A stretch of 64,000 nt of DNA from Octopus sinensis (lineage: Eukaryota), in contig NC_043011.1 of assembly GCF_006345805.1 (NCBI RefSeq), positions 44,528,464-44,592,463 of the forward strand. The letters run 5' to 3'. Under the pieces are notes generated by a model, which saw only the letters and a program-made list of their open reading frames with translations, did not search any database and had not been told where the DNA came from. Shown one piece after another: positions 53,303 through 64,000 of this stretch; within the stretch, counting starts at the first letter, position 1; each line of letters opens with the position of its first letter. The translations under genes and the position numbers were made by a program.

Positions 53303-53853
53303 TATATATAAATTTTCTACCCTTATTATTTTTATAGTAATATTTTCATAATTTTGAAGAACTTTGGTATGCAAATATATACACACATATATGTACATAT
53401 ATACATATACATCATGGTTGCATGGTAAGAAGTTTGCTTCCAAGTCATAAGGTTTCAGTTTCAGTTCCACTGTACGTCACCTGGCAATCAAAACCTTCTG
53501 AGTGCATTTGGCAGACTGGAACACAAACAATCCTATTGTATGTACGTACATATGCATATTTTTTGTGCATGTGTGTGTGTTAGTGTGACCTTCCCTTGGC
53601 ATCATGTGACAGAGGTAGGGTAGCGTCACCATCATGTAACTAGAGTTCTTTGTTTTGGAATTTTCTAAGGCATGTCTGGTCATGTGGAAATATTATTTTG
53701 CCTGGAAAGAGACGAGGATTGCCAACAGGAAAGGCATCCTGCTGTGGAAAACATACCACAACAAATTATTTCCAGTTCAGGCAAGCTTGGAAAAGTTGAC
53801 ATTAAATAATAAAGATGACATATATTTGTATATGTACATACATACATACACAC

Positions 53854-53892
<39 letters not shown>

Positions 53893-54429
53893 CACACACA
53901 CACACACATACATTTATAAATGGTAAAAAGAAAATGACAAAACATGGATGAGAAAGTAGACTTAGAAGGCATTACTTTTAGTTTCACGCTTCAAGGAAAA
54001 AATAGAAAAGTTTTCAATGATTCATCCAGAAAGAAGAAAGGAAAAACTGGGAAAGGGATGAGAAGGGAAGGAATGACAAAACTGAATGAAATAGAAGGAT
54101 TCAATTCTACCTGTTGAATCATTTCAATGCCATTAACAAAATAAAATATATCCAATGACACACACTTGCATATACACACACATGCATACATATATATGTA
54201 TACATATATATACATACATATACATACATATATATTCATATATGTATATATTAATACACATATATACATACATATACACATTATACAGACACATATAAAC
54301 ACACATATAAAACACATATAAACACACATATAAAACACATAAACACATAGACTACATATATGTACACACACATAAACACATAGACTACATATATGTACAC
54401 ACACATAAACACATAGACTACATATATGT

Positions 54430-54464
<35 letters not shown>

Positions 54465-55045
54465 AACACACAAATATATATACATATATATATTTGAGTC
54501 TTGTAGACGAGGTCAGAACAGAACTGGAGGAGTATTTTTCGTCACGGACAAGTGAATTTTGGAAAAGGGGCCTTACAAGTCTACCAGATAGAGGGAAGAG
54601 TATTATAGAAAATGAAGGAGTGTATATTTTAGATTAAAAACAGAACTTAGTTTATCTTAATTCTGAAAAATAAAAGAAGTATAAAAAAAATTTGCATTAT
54701 TTATGGGAAGACCCAATACATACATAAGCACACATGCTACACATGTACATACACACAGATACATGTACATATGCATACATATATACATACATAAATATAT
54801 ACATAAACATACACACGATTTAGAATATTGAACCATAGAAAATCATAAATTTCACATATTTTTATAATTTGTTTTCAATAATTGTTTCAATGAAATAAAC
54901 CCAGCAACATTTATATGATTATGCAATTAAGATGCATAATAAATTCGTTTAAATGTGATGGGTTATGCATCTCATCAGGAGAAAAATTGAAAAGTGGAAA
55001 TCAAAATGCCATTACAGATTTAAATAAGATCTCTCTCTCTCTCTC

Positions 55046-55114
<69 letters not shown>

Positions 55115-55212
55115 GCGCGCACATGTATCTATGTATGTATGTGTATGCATGATATGTATGCATGTTCACCAAAGAGTCATGAAATGACACATACTTGGAT
55201 TCATAGAATGTA

Positions 55213-55353
55213 TAAGGTTGTCCCAAAAGTTCGTAGAAAGTCTTGGAAAATAATGGTCTTTATTTTGAGGAATAATTTTTGTTGTTTTTGTTAGTACTTG
55301 GCGAGTAAAAATTCAATTTTCGCAAGTGTTTACGAACTTTTGGGACAACCTAA
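55213..55353. mobile_element. mariner-like MITE
   Basis: About 23-bp TIRs taaggttgtcccaaaagttcgta / tacgaacttttgggacaacctaa with a TA target duplication. Confidence 0.85.
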
Positions 55354-55600
55354 TATTTTTTTTTAAATATTTAATTTGTACATATATTCGCCTGATGAAA
55401 ATAATTTTTTTTTTTTTTGTATGATGTAATAAATCTATTCATCAATCAAAAACAAGTCTGAAAAAGCTGTAAGGAGTGAACCACTATCCATCTTTTATTA
55501 TTTGCTTATATATATATATAATAGATAAATTAGAGAAAAACCACTATTATGCAATTCAAACAATGATAGATGTAAAACATACCATATAGAAAAAATAAAA

Positions 55601-56120
55601 TCTCTCTCTATATAAACGGCAGTTTGTCTGTCTGTGTGTCTGTCAGGTTGTACCCTCACCCTGACCACAGCTTTCAACCAATTCTGATGTAACTTGACAC
55701 ACACATAGCCCAATGTCATAATTCAAAACTAATGCAGCGAAAATTTTGAAAAGTTCCTCAGTTCTGAAAAAAAATCGATAAATTCGACATGGGGTCGAGA
55801 ATCTAAGCTTTTTATATGCAACACATTTTCTGTTGTAGTTTTCGCAACTTGCAATCGATTTTCACCAAACTCATGGTGAAGCTTAATGTTACCCTAAGAA
55901 ACTTAATTCTAACGTTAGTTTTCTATGCAATACCTTACCATCAGAAAAAATCGATAAAATCATGCCATTTTGGGAAATCGCGTTCAAATTCAAGATGATA
56001 TATTTTCGACAATATCTTTCAGAAATTGGCAGGAAATTAGAGGGAAAGGACTAGATTGGGATTAGTCGTTGCCTACTAGGGGCTCTTACATACCCGGGCA
56101 ACGCCGGGCTATGCTGCTAG
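55601..56120 (+). mobile_element. Non-autonomous Helitron
   Basis: Inserted between A and T; 5' TC, 3' CTAG, and subterminal GC hairpin cccgggcaacgccggg about 12 nt from the end. Confidence 0.85.
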
Positions 56121-57064
56121 TATATTATAAAACATTTACCTAAATCACAATAAAGTACATAAAATAAACAGTATATAATTAATAATTGATTATATACTGT
56201 TTATTTTATGTACTTTATTGTGAATTAGGTAAATGTTTTATAATATATTTTATTTTTTCTATATGGTATGTTTTACATCTATCATTGTTTGAATTGCATA
56301 ATAGTAGTTTTTCTCTAATTTAAATATATATTGTAAATTTGATTTAATACTAAATTGAATTTTTCCCTGTAAGTTTGGAGTTATACTCCTAATATTATTA
56401 TGATATATATATACACACATACACACACACACACACACACACATACATAACGGTAAATTTATAATTTATGATATTCAGTGCTCATGTCAGAAAAGAGTAA
56501 AAGTGGAGACAGAAAGCAGCAATAAGATAATTGTAGAAAGACAGCAACAATAATCGAACATACATGCAGAATACAACATGGTACTTATACAGGGTACCAC
56601 ACAAAGTACCACACACCAAGACAACTAATTAAACAGAAGAGCTTGTAAGAGGAAATGCATGAATCGGCAGGTCAAGAATAGCATTGCCAGATTGTGATGT
56701 AGAATGGGAATTTTGGATGAGTATAGTGTTCTAGTGTGGGAATGTAGGATAGTGGTTAGTGATTGTGAGATTATGGTTTCAATTCCTGGACTGGGTGGTG
56801 TGTTGTCCTCTTGAGCAAAACACTTCATTTTGACATTGCTGCATTTCATTCAGCAATAACTAAGTATCCCTGCAATGGACTGGCATTCCGTTAAGGGCTA
56901 CATTGTGATCTCAGTCACTTGTACACTGTAAAAACCAAGTAACTGGCCCTACAGTCCTAGGACTTAAGATAATAAAATCCAGAGGACTTACCACTATAGT
57001 GTTCTAGGTGGTTAACAACTGACCCATTGAGTGTATTTCATGCTTCAACAATTCTGAGCATATA

Positions 57065-57398
57065 CTCTTTCACTCTTTTACTTGTTTCAGTCATTTGACT
57101 GTGGCCATGCTGGAGCACTGCCTTTAGTCGAGCAAATTGACACCAGGACTTATTCTTTGCAAGCCTAGTACTTATTCTATCGGTCTCTTTTGCCGAACTG
57201 CTAAGTTATGGGAACGTAAACACACCACCATCGGTCATCAATCAATGGTGGGGGGACAAACACAGACACACATACATATACATATATACGATGGGTTTCT
57301 TTCAGTTTCCATCTACCAAATCCACTCACAAGGCTTTGGTCAGCCCGAGGCTATAGTAGAAGACACTTGCCTAAGGTGCCACGCAGTGGGAATGAACC
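57065..57398 (-). mobile_element. SINE family A (5'-truncated)
   Basis: Match to consensus. Confidence 0.85.
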
Positions 57399-57902
57399 TG
57401 CTCAGCATATATACATGAACGTACATACATATAAAAATCCTTTTGTTTCTCTATTGATATGTGTCTATGCCTGTTATTGAGTGGATGTGATATCATTCAT
57501 CAACTGCATATATTTCGATACTGGCTGAAATTTACTTTATTAAGTGGATATCGATAAAAACACAAAATGCTTTGGTCTTAAGGATTCCAGGGCCTAGAAA
57601 TATACTTGAACTTATTTTAGCCAAAAGGACAGAGGAGGTTGGAGAATACATTGATCAAAATGGTTTATCATTACTAAGTGCTGCCATCATTAAAATCATG
57701 GAACACACACATAAACAGACTTTGCATTTCAGTATTATAAAGAAGTTGTGCGTATGTGTGTGTGTGTGTGTGTGTAAAAGTATATATAAAAGTATATATT
57801 TTTAATGTGGGTGAGAGTAAAAGCATGTACATATTTATGTGTACATGGATGCAAGCATACTCATACATATTTTTACATATATATATATGTGTGTGTGTAT
57901 AC

Positions 57903-57944
<42 letters not shown>

Positions 57945-58061
57945 TATAATGTATGCATATATACATATATATATTTGTATATGTATGTATAATATAAACT
58001 ATACACACAGCTGAATAATAATAGAAAATAATGAGGATTGCTTTATTTATTGTATTTTTTG

Positions 58062-58104
<43 letters not shown>

Positions 58105-58130
58105 TAATAATAATATTATTATTATTATTA

Positions 58131-58168
<38 letters not shown>

Positions 58169-58489
58169 TTTATGATGATGATGATGATGATGATAATAAA
58201 TAATAATGATAATCCATTCTTTTATTGGCCACTTATAGCTATGAAATACAATAGTATCTGGAAATATGAGGAAATAAAACAAAAAGTTTAAATAAAAAAA
58301 CAAAACACCAATCAACAACAAAAAAAAACAAAAAAAGAAGTGTTGCTGTGATTCAGGAAATTAGATTTTCTTAGAAGTGAGGGTATTTTAAGAAAAAGTC
58401 CTCAACACTTTGCTGTGGAGAAATGTTCAAAAGGAATACTGTGAAAATATCACAGACTATTCTCAAACAAACACCTACACTACAATTTA

Positions 58490-59745
58490 TTGGTTATGGT
58501 GGTTAGGGTGGTGGTGGAGGTGGTGGTGGTGATGTTTGCGGTGATGGTCATAATAGATGTAGTGGTAGTGTTTATAGTGATGGTGGTATTTGTGGGTATG
58601 GTGATGGAGGTTATGGTAATGGCAGTGATGGTGATGGTAGCATTGTTGTTGTCGTTGTTGGTGATGGTAGCATTGGTGATGGTAGTGGCACTGTGGTGGT
58701 GGTGGTGGTGGTGGTGGTGGAGTTGAAAGTGGTAGTGGTAATGATGGCAGCAGTGGTGATGGTGATAGTAGTGGTGATGGTGGTGGAGGTTGTGGTAGAG
58801 GTGATGATGGTGATAGTACTGGAGGTTGTGGTGATGGTGGTGGTGGTAGTGATTGTGGTGACTGGTAGTGATGATGGAGGTTGCAATGTTATGGATGTGC
58901 TGGTGGTGGTGATGGTAGTAATGTTTGTGACTACAATGTGATGGTGGCAGTGGAAGTGGTGGTGGTGGGGGGCAGCACAGTGGCATTGATAGTGGTAGGT
59001 GGGTGAGGGCGATGAATATGACGATGATGATGATGGTCATGACAATGGTGGTGGTGGTGGTGGTGGTGGTGGTGGTTGTGGTGATGTTTGTGACTGCAAT
59101 GTGATTGATGGTGGAAGTGGTGTTGGTGGGGGCAGCCACAGTGGCATTGAAGGCGATATGATGATGATGATGATGATGACCACGACAATGGCAGCGGTGG
59201 TGGTGGTGGTGGAGTTGAAAGTGGTAGTGGTAATGATGGCAGCAGTGGTGATGGTGATAGTAGTGGTGATGGTGGTGGAGGTTGTGGTAGAGGTGATGAT
59301 GGTGATAGTACTGGAGGTTGTGGTGATGGTGGTGGTGGTAGTGATTGTGGTGACTGGTAGTGATGATGGAGGTTGCAATGTTATGGATGTGCTGGTGGTG
59401 GTGATGGTAGTAATGTTTGTGACTACAATGTGATGGTGGCAGTGGAAGTGGTGGTGGTGGTGGGGGCAGCACAGTGGCATTGATAGTGGTAGGTGGGTGA
59501 GGGCGATGAATATGACGATGATGATGATGGTCATGACAATGGTGGTGGTGGTGGTGGTGGTGGTTGTGGTGATGTTTGTGACTGCAATGTGATTGATGGT
59601 GGAAGTGGTGTTGGTGGGAGCAGCCACAGTGGCATTGAAGGCGATATGATGATGATGATGATGATGACCACGACAATGGCAGCGGTGGTGGTGGTGGTGG
59701 TGGTGGTGGTGCTAGTGGTGCTAGGAGTAATGGTAGTGGTGACGT
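58490..59745. repeat. (GGT/GAT)-rich low-complexity block containing a ~490-bp near-identical tandem duplication
   Basis: agttgaaagtgg at 58721 and 59213; gcagcggtgg at 59191 and 59679. Confidence 0.9.
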
Positions 59746-60579
59746 TGGTTTCTTGTTTACCAGGGCAGTGAAGAAGAAACATTACAAGGACAAAAAAAAA
59801 ATAGAAATAGAAATAAAACAAAAACAAAAATATTTTATTTAGCTTTCGTTCAACACCTACACAGAAATATATTTATACATTGATGACGACAATGATAACA
59901 GCAACAACAACAACTACAACAACAACTACATTTCTTTCCATAATCATCGTCATCATTTTACCATTTATTCTTCCATGTTTCTATGTGTGTCAGACAAAAA
60001 AAATTCATTGAAGCAGAGTTTCTATTTCCAGATACTCATCCTGTCACCCAACCCTCATTTATTTCTAAACTTGGTGATAATATTTAACCCAACTCTGGAC
60101 CCTTTTTTTTTTTTTGGCGTAGAATATAACAAACAACACTGTTTGTATGAGGGTAATATTGTTTACAATTAGCACACAATGCCAAGACAAAAACACACGA
60201 GTACACACACACTCACACACACATAACAAAAAGTTTAAGATGCACTAGGAGTCTTTCAGATGGGGAGTTTAAGTTGCAATTGTTTTGTGGCAAAGCTCAT
60301 GTCTTTCTATCTTACTTATCTTTTGAAAATCAGAAAAATCTGTGAAACTGGTCAAGCATTTAAAAATAAAGCATCTAAATGACTTCAAGTGCATTTTCAA
60401 CTTCTTTTCCCTAACAATTCTGTCAGCTTGCTCCTTTGCTGCATAATAATAATAGTGTTTATTTTAATGGCCTACCAATGTATACAGTGAGTTTCTTTGT
60501 CCTAGGTGTCAGGAAGACACTCAGCAAGAAATGGAAAACAAAATTGAAAGTAGAAGAAAAAAATTAATAATAATGATAA

Positions 60580-61020
60580 TAATCCTTTCTCCTATAGGCA
60601 CAAGGCCTGAAATTTGTGAGGAGGAGGGAATAAGTCGATCACATTGATCCAAGTATTTGACTGGTACTTAATTTATCAACCCCAAAAGGATGAAAGGTAA
60701 AGTCAACCCCAGCAGCATTTGAACTCAGGACATAAAGATGCACAAAATGCTTCTGAGCATTCTGTCCAGCATGCTAATAATGATTCTGCCAGCTTGCCAC
60801 CTTCCTTAATAACAATCCTTTCTACTAAAGGCCTGAAATTTGCAGGGAGAGAACTAGTTGATTACATTGACCCAGTGTTTCACTGGTACTAAATTTATCG
60901 ACCTGGAAAGAATGAAAAGCAAAGTCAACCTCAGCAAAATTTGAACTCAGAATGTAGTGATGGGTGAAATACCACTAAGAATTTGTCCAGCATGCTAACA
61001 ATTCAGCCAGCTCACCTCAC
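60580..61020 (-). mobile_element. Two tandem diverged SINE family B copies
   Basis: Core present twice. Confidence 0.75.
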
Positions 61021-61045
61021 TAGCTAAATAATAATAATAATGTTC

Positions 61046-61077
<32 letters not shown>

Positions 61078-61080
<3 letters not shown>

Positions 61081-61586
61081 TAAAGCAGTGGACCACATAG
61101 TCTCTGAGTGTAAGATTTTAGCACCAGTAGAGTACAAATCAAAACATGACAAAGTTGGCCTATATCTACATTGGATAGTGTGGCAGCATTATAAAATCAA
61201 AATGCTGACAAATGGTACAAGCACCACCCTGAGGCTGTAAATGATAGAGAACATGTAACTATTCTTTGGGACTTATCGGTATGTACAGACTGGACCATCA
61301 TAGCAAATAAACTAGATATTGTTGTGAAAGACCTATACAATAAAGTTTGTTTATTGATTGACATGAGCATACACTGTGACCATAATATCTCGGCAAAAGT
61401 ATTTGATAAGCTCAGAAAATATAAAGATTTACAAATTGAAATTGAAAAGATGTGGCATCTCAAGACGGTTGTAATACCAGTAATTGTAGGAGCACTTGGA
61501 ATGATCAAAACAGTAACTGAAAATTATTTAAGAATGAACCCTGGCTTACCATACAAGCAGGAAGTGCAAAAGATTGTCTTAACTGA
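61078..61586 (+). mobile_element. R4/Dong-clade LINE fragment (zinc knuckle plus restriction-like endonuclease)
   Basis: HIVSECKILAPVEYKSKHDKV, ILWD, CLLIDMSI..D.NI..K..DKL.KYKDL.IEIEKMW, VIPVIVGALG. (AAT)n on both sides. Confidence 0.88.
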
Positions 61587-61861
61587 TAATAATAATAATA
61601 ATAATAGTATTTATTTTAATGGCCAATCATTGTATACATTGAGTTTCTTTGCCCTAGGTGTCAGGAAGACATTCAGCAAGAAATGAAAACAAAATGGAAA
61701 GAAGAAACATAATAATAGTGATAATATTTTTTGTTATATAGATGACAGATGAAAAGAGAGATTAGAGTGACAAAGTACAAAGTACAATACAAGTACACAG
61801 AATTATGACAAAAACAATGGCTCATTTGACAACAGCAAAAAACAACAGCAATAAAAGAGAA

Positions 61862-61972
61862 CTGGGAATCACACGGAAGGCATCGGTCCTTGTCCAATCA
61901 CTGAAGTTAAGCGATGTCAAGCCAAGTTATTAGTTAGGCAGGTAACCACTCAGTAAACCTAGAAGCTGTCAG
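61862..61972 (+). pseudogene. Degenerate 5S rRNA-derived sequence (5S pseudogene or SINE3 head)
   Basis: catcggtccttgtccaatcactgaagttaagcgatgtcaagccaagttattagttaggcaggtaaccactc aligns by eye to metazoan 5S (CACCGGTTCTCGTCCGATCACCGAAGTTAAGC...GGTTAGTACTTGGATGGGTGACCGCCTG) with many transitions. Confidence 0.65.
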
Positions 61973-62234
61973 TAAAGCCTTGGATTCTTCATTGCTGCAC
62001 AAGATCAAAGCCTCTGCCCCCACCACTAGAAACCACAAAAATTTAATAATGAACTAGCGGGACCTATGGAAATTCCAGTGTAAGTCAGCATATTTGAACA
62101 CACTCTGTTAATATATTAAACACAAGCAAGGAATTTCAAAAAATTCTTTGGAAATCCTACCATTTTAAGATAAAGGTGTAACATCCACAGCTATTTTACA
62201 TTATTTTAACTATTTATTGATGTATCTTTTGTGT

Positions 62235-62566
62235 TACCAGCGATGCCTTACTGGCACTTGTGCTGGTGGCACTTGAAAAAAAATTCGAGCGAGGTTGTTG
62301 CCAGTGCCGCTAGACTGGCTCCTGTGCAGGTGGCACATAAAAAACACCATTTGAGCATGGCTGTTGCCAGTACTGCCTGACTGGCCCTCATGCCAGTGGC
62401 ACGTAAAAGCACCCACTACACTCTTGGAGTGGTTGGCATTAGGAAGGGCATCCAGCTGTAGAAACTCTGCCAGGTTAGATTGGAACCTGGTTCGCCAGTC
62501 CTCAGTCAAATCGTCCAACCCATGCTAGCATGGAAAGCGGACATTAAACGATGATGATGATGATGA
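62235..62566 (+). mobile_element. RTE-type LINE 3' UTR with internal direct repeats and a (GAT)n tail
   Basis: ggttggcattaggaagggcatccagctgtagaaac...ggacattaaacgatgatgat. The same tail occurs at 20540-20592 and 19822-19870. Confidence 0.7.
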
Positions 62567-62869
62567 TCTCAACTGAGCCTAAGGTTTAAACACACAAATG
62601 CAGAGTAATATAAACTTTCTTCATCTCTTGTGTATTCTCTTTCTATTTTCTTTCACTGATCCTGTTATCTCAGTTTCTCTCTTTGACTCCCCACTTTCAC
62701 TTTATATATTTTTCTCCATTCAAGTTATTACCTCCCTTGGTGTAACACACAGACAAAATAAGAAGACTGCAGGTACAAGCAGAATAATATTATAGATGAA
62801 AATGCAGTGACTACAAAATATGTAGAGGAGGAGGAGGAAAAATTTAATTAACCACATTGTACCTGCTGT

Positions 62870-63100
62870 GTGTGTGTGTGTGTGTGTGTGTATCTTTGTA
62901 TTTGAATTTGTTCCCCATTAGTGCTTGATGACTGTTGGTTTGTTTATGTCCTCATAACTTAACAGTTTGAGAAAAAGAGGTTGATAGAATAAGTATGAAG
63001 CTTAAAAAATAGGTATTGCGGTCGATTTCGTTTGACTAAACCTTTTAAGGTGGTGCCCCAGCATGGCTGCAGTCGAATGACTGAAACAAGTAAAAGATAG
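62870..63100 (+). mobile_element. SINE family A 3' half
   Basis: Tail match. Confidence 0.7.
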
Positions 63101-63442
63101 AAATTTAAGAAACAGGGGGTCTTTCAAAATGATTAAAAAACATGCAGACAAATACACAGCCATGACCCCCAGGGGCTTATACACACACGCACATATAGAA
63201 CAGCACTACAAGGCACTGCAAACATATTACTCGGAGTACGTTTGATACAGGTAACACAACAAAACCACAACAAGATCCGGCACACAGCCAAGGCTTATAG
63301 AGCTGTAACTGGGACATGAATTTGTAAGGGAATTAATTTTTTTGAATATAAATGAGGACACAACATTTCTACGACAGATAAGCAGCAAGGGTTACATGCT
63401 GTGTGTATGTATACGTCAGGGGGAGGGTGCAGTCAAACTAAC

Positions 63443-63502
63443 CTGAATTGGTAGAGGCGGTCGCCATTTACGGACACACCTGACATTCTCGTAAGAATAC
63501 CA
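63443..63502 (-). CDS. NHSL1: Candidate internal coding exon of the NHS-like gene (WYSYENVRCVRKWRPPLPIQ)
   Basis: Acceptor ...atattttcag|TGG and donor CAG|gttagt. 60 nt, phase 0/0, joins in frame to the phase-0 acceptor at 51971. It is a unique-sequence island among simple repeats. Upstream exons (expected WAVE-homology domain) would lie beyond the window. Confidence 0.6.
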
Positions 63503-63714
63503 CTGAAAATATAACCCAGTATAAATGACATGTATAGCAAATATGCAAATACACACACACACACACACGTATCTCAGTGTGCGTGTGTATATACATACAT
63601 ATATATATATATACACACACACACACAAACACGCACACACATATACATATATGTATATATGACCAAACACAAGTAAAAACACAAAAGGGACAAATTTTCA
63701 CAGAATGAAGGAAC

Positions 63715-64000
63715 CTATGTCTCATCAGTCGGGGAAGCAGCTCTGTAGGTGTTTCAGCCCCTTCCACCATGACACCAGAGCTGCCTGGGGGAGGGGGGTG
63801 GAGCACCTATGTAGGCAACAAAACACCCCCCACAAGAGCAGAAGCTTTGTAGAGTCAAATGTTGTGACTCTGAGTATGATGTTTCTATCATCCTCAATGC
63901 TCGTCCTTACTGCACTGTTCATCCTCTCTCTTGAGCTAGATGTAATGGTTTGCTTTCTCAGCAGCATCCAACAATTTTCTGACAACATCTTTTCTCTCCT
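63715..64000 (-). mobile_element. 3' end of a HERO/NeSL-like RLE non-LTR retrotransposon (continues past the window)
   Basis: Frame ERKDVVRKLLDAAEKANHYI*LKRED resembles the ..L.EAAE.AS.WIWLKR C-terminus of such elements; a GC-richer UTR follows. Confidence 0.5.

Noticed and set aside
58480-59676. 398-aa His-rich ORF
   Set aside because: Trinucleotide low-complexity DNA open in several frames, intronic, with no convincing splice context.
63725-63988. ORF as a possible upstream exon of the NHS-like gene
   Set aside because: Better explained as an RLE retrotransposon end in another frame; ends in a stop and has no NHS/WHD similarity.

Overview
Eukaryotic, AT-rich, microsatellite-dense genomic DNA. 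The SINE/LINE repertoire points to an octopus (coleoid cephalopod); this is inferred, not database-checked. The main gene is a minus-strand NHS/NHSL/GUK-holder-family actin regulator. Four exons (63502-63443, 51971-50933, 44761-44608, 31704-28581) splice with GT-AG junctions and matching phases into about 1458 codons, and the 5' end lies outside the window. An intact intron-containing tRNA-Arg(CCT) gene sits at 10178-10275. The rest is several tRNA-derived SINE families (some nested, with TSDs), RTE, R4/Dong, Tx1 and HERO-like LINE remnants, a Helitron, MITEs, a 5S-derived relic, minisatellites and simple repeats. Almost all other ORFs in the track are simple-repeat or TE artefacts. The most interesting signals are the Arg-CCT intron, a candidate Rbfox-controlled cassette exon, a SINE/Tx1 shared 3' tail, (TAA)n-targeted elements and several long intronic hairpins. 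Repeat coordinates were read by eye and are approximate.
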